A DNA stretch of 64,000 nucleotides from a virus, in the IMG/VR virus record IMGVR_UViG_3300047311_000323, positions 32,001-96,000 of that record. The stretch is one strand, 5' to 3'. The notes under the pieces were generated by a model. It did no database searches. It was not told the DNA's origin and worked only from the letters and a program-made list of their open reading frames with translations. This document shows, one piece after another, positions 18,591-27,452 of this stretch. How positions within the stretch are numbered: position 1 is the first letter of the stretch; each line of letters starts with the position of its first letter. The translations under genes and the position numbers were made by a program.

Positions 18591-19499
18591 TTAGGACATT
18601 GCTTTCCAGCCATCATAGCTGTGAACACATTGTCCAACGAAGCTAGAATTACCAGTTACTCTAAATGTATTAGAGATTGTAGTGTGCTCGGTTTCCATTG
18701 CGGTCTTGGTTGCACCGAAATAGGTTACATAACTTGGAGTTACGCTAATGGTTTCAGATCCACACATAAGCGGGATATTCAAACCGGCCTGAGAAGCATA
18801 ATCATACCATGGTTGGAAGAACGTAATCTGTCCAGGGCCATCAGTACCGTTATCGGCTGCGTGGTCACGATAAGCACCAACAACAGTTAGATCGGAGTTG
18901 TCCATAATGTGTTCACCGTCTTGAGCAGACTTTCCATTATAGGTGAAAGATGCGCGGGTGCCGTCGTTGTCCTTAAGGAAGAATCCAGCAAAGCAACCAA
19001 CTGGAACATTCAAAGTGGTTCTAAACATTCTCATTAGATCACAGAAGCCTGCTGCGTTAGTAGCGTTGTCATAGTTTGTGTCAGTCCAGTACTCAGCGTC
19101 AAACATTACACCGTCAAAATTATTAGTGGCAGTAGTGGTTTGATTCTGGAACCAAAGAAGATTCTTTAGAATGTTAGTAGCTACCCAAGAGTGGTTTGAA
19201 CCCCAATCGGTGCTGCCAGCAAGTGCCCAAACTTTAATACCACTTCTGTGAGCGGCATCAATAAATTTGCGTAGAGTAGTTAGCTTAGTAGAAGTCCAGT
19301 TAGAGCCTCCAAGATACTGCCACATATCTAAAAATAGATAGTTGATACCTTGAGTTCCACAGAAGCTTAGCAAGCTGTTCATTTTAGTGTCAGAGCTTAA
19401 TGGATCTTGTGATGAGTTAGAAGTAACCCAAACAAACATTCCTCTTCCTAAATTACTGTTTGGTGGTACTGGTGGCGTAGAAAGTGCGTTTACAACCAT
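18591..19499 (-). CDS. TIM-barrel glycoside-hydrolase-like protein
   Basis: GMFVW...GINYLFL...AAHRSGIKVWAL...FDGVMFDAEYW, with a GH18-like DGxxxDxE strand. Confidence 0.55.
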   Translation of the reverse strand: MVVNALSTPPVPPNSNLGRGMFVWVTSNSSQDPLSSDTKMNSLLSFCGTQGINYLFLDMWQYLGGSNWTSTKLTTLRKFIDAAHRSGIKVWALAGSTDWGSNHSWVATNILKNLLWFQNQTTTATNNFDGVMFDAEYWTDTNYDNATNAAGFCDLMRMFRTTLNVPVGCFAGFFLKDNDGTRASFTYNGKSAQDGEHIMDNSDLTVVGAYRDHAADNGTDGPGQITFFQPWYDYASQAGLNIPLMCGSETISVTPSYVTYFGATKTAMETEHTTISNTFRVTGNSSFVGQCVHSYDGWKAMS

Positions 19500-19513
19500 G
19501 TGTTAGTTCCCCT

Positions 19514-19530
19514 GTTAAAGTTATAACTTT
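19514..19530. promoter_or_regulatory. 17-bp element GTTAAAGTTATAACTTT (contains a perfect 14-bp palindrome), copy 1
   Basis: 16/17 match to 25405-25421; both lie in 5' leaders. Confidence 0.45.
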
Positions 19531-19569
19531 TCCTTACTAACCAATGTTATTTTATTAGTTGTCGGACGA

Positions 19570-20607
19570 TCAGAACTCTAAATAATCGAACGAACCTAAT
19601 GTAGTTGAGGCTGTCACTGCGTCCGGCCTACTGTTGATGAATATAAAGTTGGGTCCTGCAATAGCAATAGGAATTTCCCATTCATAATAAGAGACTACTT
19701 GGTTAGCCGAACCATATCTAATTGATCCACTCAAATTTTTCTGAGCCAAATTTGCTGTTAATGGACTTCCTGTTGCTTGAACAGTAACAGCTCCGTTCGT
19801 AACAGTGGATCCAGCTCTAACAGCCAATAAATAGCATGTTTTGCCAGTTGGAATATAATGGTGCGCCCAGAAAGTAGAGTTGTCAGTAGCTGCAATAGTG
19901 CCTACAGTACCGCCGCCTCCAGCATTGTTTACAAACAATGAAACAGTTCCAACATTAGACCCTGTAGATCCAACTGTAATAACTTCCATCTTCTCAATGA
20001 ATTGGATATCGCTAACAGATGTAGCCACGGCAGTGATACCATTCATAGTTACTGTGGTTGTTTTTGGACCAACCATACTACCATCATAGTAAGTTATCTT
20101 AACTGTACGAGCGCCTGTACCAGCCGAAGTATCGTTAGCGCTGGAAGATGAAACGCTTCTTGTAGCGGCGGCTACTGGTTGAATATAAGTTGTTGCACGC
20201 AATGAAACGGTTGTCGCTGCTGATGTAGGAACATAACCATTTACTGTTCCAGAATTGACTCCTGGAAGAATACCAAATGCAGAGGCGTAACTAATGTCAG
20301 TATAGACGGGATCTCCAAAAGAATCTGTTCTAGAAATTCTTTTGTTTGCGGTAGGCTGATAGTTGGTTGTAAAATCTGTTTTATCGGAGTCGTTTTGTCC
20401 CTGAGAATAACCACCAGTAATAATACTGTCTGGAACTGTTCCTTTCCAAATAGTACATGCATGTACTTCTGGAATATCATAAAAATAAACAGTATAAACG
20501 GTGCCATCATCATCATATTGATAAACACCGCTTTTAGTAGATAAAATTGTTTTCCAATCTGTCCAAGTATAGCTTCTAACAATAAAATTTGCAAACGATA
20601 TAGCCAT
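19570..20607 (-). CDS. Modular virion/fibre protein (domains A+C of the shuffled array)
   Basis: N-domain QYDDDGxVY...IWKGTVP shared with 20616; C-domain ANDTSAGTGAR...FIEKMEV...WAHHY shared with 20616 and 21861. Confidence 0.6.
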   Translation of the reverse strand: MAISFANFIVRSYTWTDWKTILSTKSGVYQYDDDGTVYTVYFYDIPEVHACTIWKGTVPDSIITGGYSQGQNDSDKTDFTTNYQPTANKRISRTDSFGDPVYTDISYASAFGILPGVNSGTVNGYVPTSAATTVSLRATTYIQPVAAATRSVSSSSANDTSAGTGARTVKITYYDGSMVGPKTTTVTMNGITAVATSVSDIQFIEKMEVITVGSTGSNVGTVSLFVNNAGGGGTVGTIAATDNSTFWAHHYIPTGKTCYLLAVRAGSTVTNGAVTVQATGSPLTANLAQKNLSGSIRYGSANQVVSYYEWEIPIAIAGPNFIFINSRPDAVTASTTLGSFDYLEF

Positions 20608-20615
20608 GTTATTCC

Positions 20616-21857
20616 TTATTGCTCATAGTAGTCGAAAGCGCCACGATATGTCAATGATGTGTTAGCTTCAGTAGTTACGTACATTATAATTCTTCCAGGG
20701 CCCACTAACTGAATTGGAGTTCCATAGTTACGTGTGTTGGTTCCCGACTGTGTAGCAGATCGAACGTAGTCTGAGATCTGAGCTTCAACCGCCGTTGCAA
20801 CTCCAATAGTTTTTCCTTTAAGAAAGAAAAGGGCTCCTCCACCATTGACAACTACGGATTGTGATGTGATGTATAATGTTTTACCAGTAGCAACGTAATG
20901 GTGTGCCCAATAAGTACGATTGTCTCCAACCGCAATAGTTCCAACTGCACCACCACCACCAGCCGTGGCAGCGAAGAGTGTAATTGTGCCAGCGTTAGAA
21001 CCGCCAGATCCAACCGATACAACTTCTATCTTCTCGATGAAACAGATGGTGGTAGAAACGGTATTAACGTTCGCTGTTCCATTGAGATTGATAGTCTCAG
21101 TAGAAGGGCCCGCTCCCGTGCTGTCATAATAAGTGATCTTGATTTGACGTGCGCCAGTACCAGCAGAGTTAGTATCATTAGCACTTGAGGAAGCTACTGA
21201 ACGCTGAGCATTAGCACTCTGCTCAGTATATGTAGTTCTTCTTACAACAGATGTAGTAATAGATGATAAAGCAATATCACCAAACGAGAATCCACTTGTT
21301 GTAGATGCTCCGGCAGGAGCAGTAACAATTCTACCAGAAGAATCTGTTAAAATGGTTTGTGCATTAGTGCCGTCAAAACCACCAATCAAAACAGGATTTC
21401 CAATGGCAGTAGCGCCATCTGCTGCACGCCCCTCTACCTGAGAAGTAGATGAACCAGTAATAGCAACTTGAACACGACCATAACCATCAGTAGCAATAGA
21501 TTGAGCGTTAGTTCCATCTTGCCCGGCCACCAAAACTGGATTGGAAGCAATAGTCTGTCCATCTCGTGATATTTGTAAACCGATAGGCTTATTTGCATTA
21601 GCTTTATAGTTGGTTTCGAAATCTGATTTATCAGCATCATTGGTAGCTTGAGCATAACCCGCAGCAATAACATTGTTAGGTACGGTTCCCTTCCAGATTA
21701 TAGTTACATAAGCTATAGATGGACCATCAAATGCAAATATGCTGTAGACTACTCCATCATCATCATATTGCATAAGTAATAACTTACTTGCAACCGAAGC
21801 TTTAAAAGCGGTCCAAAATCCTGATATGACAGAGGGTGCATTTATATTAAGTGGCAT
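20616..21857 (-). CDS. Modular virion/fibre protein (domains A+B repeats+C)
   Basis: As 19570 plus NPVLxxGxDGTNAQ repeats. Confidence 0.6.
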   Translation of the reverse strand: MPLNINAPSVISGFWTAFKASVASKLLLMQYDDDGVVYSIFAFDGPSIAYVTIIWKGTVPNNVIAAGYAQATNDADKSDFETNYKANANKPIGLQISRDGQTIASNPVLVAGQDGTNAQSIATDGYGRVQVAITGSSTSQVEGRAADGATAIGNPVLIGGFDGTNAQTILTDSSGRIVTAPAGASTTSGFSFGDIALSSITTSVVRRTTYTEQSANAQRSVASSSANDTNSAGTGARQIKITYYDSTGAGPSTETINLNGTANVNTVSTTICFIEKIEVVSVGSGGSNAGTITLFAATAGGGGAVGTIAVGDNRTYWAHHYVATGKTLYITSQSVVVNGGGALFFLKGKTIGVATAVEAQISDYVRSATQSGTNTRNYGTPIQLVGPGRIIMYVTTEANTSLTYRGAFDYYEQ

Positions 21858-21860
21858 TGT

Positions 21861-24245
21861 TTATAGCTCCCAGAAATTAAAGCCGCCAAAGAAGGGGGTG
21901 TTAGAGCCATTAGGTACTACATACAAAGTAATTCTAGCAGGACCAGGTATTCTTAGGGGCACAACGAAATTACGGACTACAGATGAAGTATTCGCTGAAA
22001 ATACAATAGAGTCAGTAATCATTTTCTCGGCAGAAGTAGTTACCGTAGGATCCACATTCATAATGAATGTAGTAGCTCCTTGATTGGTATTAGTTCCGGC
22101 CATAAAAGATGTTAAGTTCATAGTTATGCCTGATGCAACATAATGATGAGCCCATATAGTCTGATTATCTCCTCTACCATTTGCGATATTATTAATACTG
22201 ATAGTTCCAATCGTACCACCACCTCCACCAGTTGATACGAAAAGTGATATAATTCCAATATTAGAACCATTGGATCCCACACTTACAACTTCCATTTTCT
22301 CAATAAAACAAATGTTGGTGTTGGAAGTATTAACTGGTGTAGTACCATTTAGAGTAACTGTTTCAGTAAATGGTCCAGTCATTGTAACAGTATAATATGT
22401 TATCATTACTTGGCGAGCGCCCGTACCCGCTGAAGTATCGCTGGCATTACCTGAAGAGACAGATCTTTGTGCGTTAGCGCTTTGTTGAGTATAAGTTGTA
22501 GCCCTTACAGCTTGGAGTGTATTGGCTGTACCAATAACACGTCCAAAACTAATGCCTCTCAAAGAATTAGATGGCGCACCATAATCTACTGTATATACAT
22601 TTCCTATAGTATCAGTTGTAATTGACTGTACATTAGTGCCGTCTTGGCCACCCATCAAAACTGGATTGCCAGTTACGGCGGCCCCATCAGCAGCCGCACC
22701 AACTACAATGGCGCGGCCTGATGTATCAGTTAATTTGGTCTGAACATTGGTGCCGTCAAATCCTGCAGTAAGAACTGGATTGCCAGAGACGGCAGCACCA
22801 TCCGCAGCCAAACCTTCTACGGCTACCTTTTGCTCTCCAGCAGTTAAAACAGTAACGGCACTACCATTGATCTGAGTTTGGTTAAATGACCAAGGTGGAG
22901 TTCCCTGTTGAACAGTCCAAGTTCCACTTTGAGAAGCTGGAATGGCTGTTTGATCAGAAGCAATGACCATTGGCACAGAGTTGGCCATTGTTTTTTGACC
23001 AACTGTGGGAGCAGTTGAGCCCAACCAAGCGCCTATGTTAGTATCTAATCTGCCACCAACTAAAGCTCCTGGTAATTGTGTAGAACTTACTGGTTGAGTA
23101 ACTGCACTACCATCTACTTTAAGGGCATTAGAGGCGGTTACAGTTGCTGAATTACCACCCTGACTAATAGTTGTAAGCCAGGGTGTTGTGTTGGCGGTAT
23201 TTCCAGGTTGCACGGTCCAAGTACCAGATTGTGTAGCTAGAATATTAGAATCATTGGATACTGTTACTCTTGGAATACCAGCGCCACTAGTTCCTGTTCC
23301 AGTAACAACATTGCTGCCACCAAACTGAGAAACGTTTTCTACCCAAGGAGAAGTCCCCTGATTGGATGTTACTGTTCCAGAAACTGGTTGTATGGTTGTT
23401 CCAGTTGGATCTACTCTTACAGTACCATCGGTGGCTGTTCTAATTGAGCGTGCATTTGTTCCATCAGAACCCGCTATCAAAACTGGATTGCCGGCCACCG
23501 CAGCGCCATTGGCGGCTGCTCCAATGATGATTTGTCTACCAGATGAATCAGTGAAAAATGGTCGAAGGTTAACGCCATCTGAACCGCCTACTTGAACAGC
23601 AGTAGATGGAATGGCTATTCCGATTGTAGTTTCGGAGGCTAGTTGTGCCCTTAGATTCGAGGCGGTAGGTTGTACTACTGTAAAATCACCAGTACCAGAT
23701 ACCGTCCAAGAACCACCTTGATTAGCAGTTACGGTTCCAGAGATTGGTTGAGTTGTAGTTCCAGTTGGGTCAATTCTGATTGGATCAGAAGAGGTTCCAA
23801 ATTCAACAGAACCTCCACCCGATGCTTTACGTAAACCAACACCCAAAATCCACTGTGTGCCACCACCAGTATCCAAATCAAAAATTCTAGCTGGTCGTAG
23901 ATTAGTACCATCACTTCCGCCAATTAGCGTAGAGAAACCCGGAATAGCTGCATCGTTAGCACTAACAGAAGCATTGGAAGCAGTAATATTTCCAGAAATA
24001 GGAATTGGAGTTCCTAGAGGGTCTCCTTGAATAGTAATAACACCACCATAAGGAACTCCTGGAAATCCGGCACCAACTATAAGTTGGTATCCGTCAGAAG
24101 TAACTTTGATAAATCTAGCATTAGTACCATCAGAACCGGCACTTATTAGTGATGAGGTGGCGGCAGGAATGACGGTGCCATTCTCAACGGCCATTGCATC
24201 GCCATCAATATCATATAGTACTGCTTCTGCGCCTTGTCCTGACAT
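21861..24245 (-). CDS. Modular fibre protein, 794 aa, with multiple GNPVLxAGxDGTN repeats and domain C
   Basis: At least six xGxDG(T/V)N repeats; C-terminal WAHHY domain. Confidence 0.6.
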   Translation of the reverse strand: MSGQGAEAVLYDIDGDAMAVENGTVIPAATSSLISAGSDGTNARFIKVTSDGYQLIVGAGFPGVPYGGVITIQGDPLGTPIPISGNITASNASVSANDAAIPGFSTLIGGSDGTNLRPARIFDLDTGGGTQWILGVGLRKASGGGSVEFGTSSDPIRIDPTGTTTQPISGTVTANQGGSWTVSGTGDFTVVQPTASNLRAQLASETTIGIAIPSTAVQVGGSDGVNLRPFFTDSSGRQIIIGAAANGAAVAGNPVLIAGSDGTNARSIRTATDGTVRVDPTGTTIQPVSGTVTSNQGTSPWVENVSQFGGSNVVTGTGTSGAGIPRVTVSNDSNILATQSGTWTVQPGNTANTTPWLTTISQGGNSATVTASNALKVDGSAVTQPVSSTQLPGALVGGRLDTNIGAWLGSTAPTVGQKTMANSVPMVIASDQTAIPASQSGTWTVQQGTPPWSFNQTQINGSAVTVLTAGEQKVAVEGLAADGAAVSGNPVLTAGFDGTNVQTKLTDTSGRAIVVGAAADGAAVTGNPVLMGGQDGTNVQSITTDTIGNVYTVDYGAPSNSLRGISFGRVIGTANTLQAVRATTYTQQSANAQRSVSSGNASDTSAGTGARQVMITYYTVTMTGPFTETVTLNGTTPVNTSNTNICFIEKMEVVSVGSNGSNIGIISLFVSTGGGGGTIGTISINNIANGRGDNQTIWAHHYVASGITMNLTSFMAGTNTNQGATTFIMNVDPTVTTSAEKMITDSIVFSANTSSVVRNFVVPLRIPGPARITLYVVPNGSNTPFFGGFNFWEL

Positions 24246-24286
24246 GTTTCTCTCTTCTTAGTTTAATGCTGAATTATGAACAAAAT

Positions 24287-24316
24287 AAAAAGCTTGCTAT
24301 TACTAGCAAGCTTTTT
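24287..24316. terminator. Rho-independent terminator (bidirectional shape)
   Basis: AAAAAGCTTGCTA-TTAC-TAGCAAGCTTTTT. Confidence 0.8.
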
Positions 24317-24346
24317 AAATAATTCACTTATTCCCAATCAATCAGA

Positions 24347-25390
24347 TTATGGGGTCAATTCAGTTACAAGCACAGTTCCGACTGTGGCACCTGGTGCGAA
24401 AGCATCGATGTTTCCAGTGTAGTCGTTTGGAACTTCCCAATATGCTTGCTTAAATAGTGGGGTAGTAAAACTAGTAGTGCTTGCAGTAGTACCAAGCTTG
24501 ATGTATAGAGTCTTGTCAGTGTTATTGAAGATAGATACAAATACTCTGGTAGGACTAGATGCGATCAAAGTATTGTTGGCGTTAGGCGTAATAGCTACAG
24601 AAGTAACAGTGGAAGTAGCTGCCTTGTTGGTAGTTACGAATCCTGTGACACGCAAGTTACCAGAAGTATCTAATGATAGTGGGTTAAGCTGTCCAGTGGT
24701 GTATGTTGGAGCGGCTGTAGTTACATAACCACCACTGTTCATTACGTCAGCAGCAGTAGCGTTTGCGGTACCAACTGCATATACACCATCAATTCTCAAA
24801 CCACCAAGAGTAGTTAGAGATAGCGCGCTTAGATTGCCGTTGACAAGTGTTGGTGCAGCAGTAGCTACGATACCACCTACCTGAGTATCAAATCCGAGGG
24901 CGGCAGCGTTGTCGCTTCCTACAGATGGATTGGCCGCAGTGATGTTACCGGTTACATAAATTGGATTAAGTGCAGAACCTTGAATCTGACCATAACCGTC
25001 GGTAATGGTGATTGGCCATGCATTGGCTAGAGTGTTTGGAGTTCCCTGGTTAGAAGTAACTGTACCGCTTACAACCCATGGGGAAGTAGACTGAGTTACA
25101 GCAACTGTGCCAGAGACAGAGCTGACTGCAACCGTACCAGATACAGGAACCGGAGCACCTGCCGGGTCTCCTTGGATAGTAAGTACGCCACCTACTGGAG
25201 TTCCAGCAGTACCGGCGCCAACCATGACAGGACGACCTAGGGAGTCGATTAGAATAGTACGAGTGTTTGTACCGTCATTGCCGGCAAACAAAATACTACG
25301 AGTTCCCGTAATAAACGGGTCCCCGGAGACTACGGCTAATTCATACCCGTCTGAGCTGAATAATACCGATGATGGAGATAGGCTTGACAT
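24347..25390 (-). CDS. Modular fibre-like protein (N-terminus like 21861, C-terminus like 25452)
   Basis: AGNDGTN...GGVLTIQGDP matches 21861; LYIKLGTTAS...EVPxxYTGxIDA matches 25452. Confidence 0.6.
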   Translation of the reverse strand: MSSLSPSSVLFSSDGYELAVVSGDPFITGTRSILFAGNDGTNTRTILIDSLGRPVMVGAGTAGTPVGGVLTIQGDPAGAPVPVSGTVAVSSVSGTVAVTQSTSPWVVSGTVTSNQGTPNTLANAWPITITDGYGQIQGSALNPIYVTGNITAANPSVGSDNAAALGFDTQVGGIVATAAPTLVNGNLSALSLTTLGGLRIDGVYAVGTANATAADVMNSGGYVTTAAPTYTTGQLNPLSLDTSGNLRVTGFVTTNKAATSTVTSVAITPNANNTLIASSPTRVFVSIFNNTDKTLYIKLGTTASTTSFTTPLFKQAYWEVPNDYTGNIDAFAPGATVGTVLVTELTP

Positions 25391-25404
25391 AGTTGTTTTC
25401 CTAA

Positions 25405-25421
25405 GTTAAAATTATAACTTT
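25405..25421. promoter_or_regulatory. 17-bp element GTTAAAATTATAACTTT, copy 2
   Basis: 16/17 match to 19514-19530. Confidence 0.45.
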
Positions 25422-25451
25422 CTACTACAATATGGGTTTAGTAGTAGTTTA

Positions 25452-25949
25452 TTATGGGGTTAATTCGTCTATTCTTGCAAATCCGTTAGCTGCCGACCAA
25501 ACTGCATCTATTTCTCCAGTATAACCATATGGAACTTCATAATAACTGAGAGGAAATAGTTTGATTGTGAAATCTGTTAAGCTGGCGGTACCACCCAGCT
25601 TAACATAAAGTAAAGCATTAGAGTCATTGTAAACAGTAGCTCCTAATCGAATTCCATTTGAGGGCAATAGAACAACACTAGAAACAGAACCCGCCACACT
25701 AGATGTGACGCTGATAGACGGTTTGGCTGCCGAAACAGTAAAAGAATTGTTTGGAGAAATGGCAACGACCAAAGCTCGGTCGGCTGGCGTGGCAGCAGTA
25801 TTAGATGGCGTAACCGCAACAGGACCATGTCCCGCCGGGTCATTTAATACGCTTTCTGTTTGTAAACGATAGACGTATCCATCGTAGAATACCCCTATGG
25901 GATTGCCAAGCTCGTCAAACAGAATTGCTGCTGGTGATTCATTTGACAT
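25452..25949 (-). CDS. Small structural protein sharing the C-terminal domain of 24347
   Basis: LYVKLGGTAS...YEVPYGYTGEIDA; TAATG-coupled. Confidence 0.6.
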   Translation of the reverse strand: MSNESPAAILFDELGNPIGVFYDGYVYRLQTESVLNDPAGHGPVAVTPSNTAATPADRALVVAISPNNSFTVSAAKPSISVTSSVAGSVSSVVLLPSNGIRLGATVYNDSNALLYVKLGGTASLTDFTIKLFPLSYYEVPYGYTGEIDAVWSAANGFARIDELTP

Positions 25950-26644
25950 TAGATTATCGTCCTTGTTCTTGTAGATTCAAAAGCAGTACTGTAAGTTATT
26001 GCATCGACAACAGTATGAATAATAGTAACTCCATCATAATCATACATGTTCCAATGAATCTGAGTTGGGAAATGGCTAGAGTTATATGTGATGAATTTCT
26101 CAACTAACTTTTTTGTTTTGGCAACATCTAGATACCATGTAATGGAAGAAGGGAATGGACTTCCTGTTGGAAGAACCTCTTTGAAAGCTCCAGACGCAAA
26201 GCCGTCTCCTGGACCTTCATCAATAAAATGAATGAGCTGCCTTAGCGTCTGATGCTCGAATGGTGTAATACCTCCACCACCACCAGAAGCAATTAGACCT
26301 TGAACATATCCATCAAGCTCATCGTATCCAATTGCTACGCCCTCAGAGAATCCATGAGAATACAACCAGGCACGTTGCCTGTCGCTGAACTGCAACAGAT
26401 CAATATTACTGGATACCAATTGAATATCACCATTCAAAAGTTTATGACGTAGAACGCCTTTCAATAGAGACGCCCTAATGTTAGATTCCTCAATTCCAGG
26501 AATCTGCAACAAATCTCTTGTATCACCAAAGTTAATTGGATAGTTGAAAATAGAAATAGTCTTCTTACGATCGGTGCAGGTATTTCTGACGATGAAGTGA
26601 GTATTATACTTTAGGGAATATGCGAAGTTACTTTCACTACTCAT
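25949..26644 (-). CDS. Structural protein carrying the same N-terminal anchor domain as 13948/15768
   Basis: FIVRN...ISIFNYPINFG...DLLQIPGIEESNIRASLLKG...LVSSNI aligns with FVVKN...IKVFNTKINPG...DVMDVPGVTEEDIRVAVLKG...VLASTV. Confidence 0.6.
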   Translation of the reverse strand: MSSESNFAYSLKYNTHFIVRNTCTDRKKTISIFNYPINFGDTRDLLQIPGIEESNIRASLLKGVLRHKLLNGDIQLVSSNIDLLQFSDRQRAWLYSHGFSEGVAIGYDELDGYVQGLIASGGGGGITPFEHQTLRQLIHFIDEGPGDGFASGAFKEVLPTGSPFPSSITWYLDVAKTKKLVEKFITYNSSHFPTQIHWNMYDYDGVTIIHTVVDAITYSTAFESTRTRTII

Positions 26645-26647
26645 AGC

Positions 26648-27358
26648 TTATCCCTCTTTATGAAATCGGTCCCTAATGGTTATCGTGATGGTTCTTTCTA
26701 CATCTGGATTATCAGCGCTTGCTTTACACCCATCAAATAGTTTCTCTATCAACGAGTCATAACCTTTAGTGGCGACATCGCTCTTAGTGATTTCTAAAGC
26801 TTGCTTAACATCTTTACGAGTAAGATCTTCGTCCTTGGCAAGGATAACTCTAGTTAAATCGGTTTCACTCATTCTTGTCAAATCATCGTGAGTTAAACGA
26901 TATCTAACATTCAACAACTCTTCTAAATAATCAAAACTACCAACACCAGGCTGGTTCTGTGCTGCAAACTCTCCGTCATCAATACCGGTACGCATACCCT
27001 TATCAACTGCTGTCAATAGAATGCGAGCATTGCTGTCCTGCCATTCATGTTCTCTACCGTAAACATTCTTGAGGGCATTAAGTGAGTTACGTAATTTGGC
27101 AAAGTTCTTGACTCGTTGTGCTAGTCCCTCAGAAAGAAACATCTCACTACGGTTATAGTTCTGAAGACCCCTACGTGGATTGTATTCAGTTTCCTGATCA
27201 ATACGACGAGTGTCAAAAGCCATTTTGGTAAAACCTTGGCCAGAAGAAACGGATGCCAAAGCAACTTTTCTAAGTTGCCTGGATTGCTTTCTAGAACTCA
27301 CATTCTGTGAACCCCTAGAAATCAGATTGTAAAGCTCGGTAACCTCTAACAAACTCAT
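26648..27358 (-). CDS. Hypothetical putative head protein
   Basis: GAGGA SD; ATAW-N5-YATW at 27390-27403; contains RKVA and TKMA motifs. Confidence 0.6.
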   Translation of the reverse strand: MSLLEVTELYNLISRGSQNVSSRKQSRQLRKVALASVSSGQGFTKMAFDTRRIDQETEYNPRRGLQNYNRSEMFLSEGLAQRVKNFAKLRNSLNALKNVYGREHEWQDSNARILLTAVDKGMRTGIDDGEFAAQNQPGVGSFDYLEELLNVRYRLTHDDLTRMSETDLTRVILAKDEDLTRKDVKQALEITKSDVATKGYDSLIEKLFDGCKASADNPDVERTITITIRDRFHKEG

Positions 27359-27417
27359 TTTCCTCTGTCTTTTGATAGAACTCTATCATAATGCCCTTTT
27401 ATTACACACCGCGCGCC

Positions 27418-27445
27418 TTGACACGTAATTTTTAAGTTTTAGAGT
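27418..27445 (+). promoter_or_regulatory. Sigma70-type promoter for the CCA-adding enzyme gene
   Basis: Perfect TTGACA at 27418-27423, 16-bp spacer, TAGAGT at 27440-27445; predicted TSS falls at about ATG 27453. Confidence 0.6.
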
Positions 27446-27452
27446 GCCCAGC

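Noticed and set aside
13948-25949. Diversity-generating retroelement or invertase shufflon
   Set aside because: No reverse transcriptase or recombinase in the window, no adenine-specific TR/VR pair seen, and all paralogues are co-oriented.
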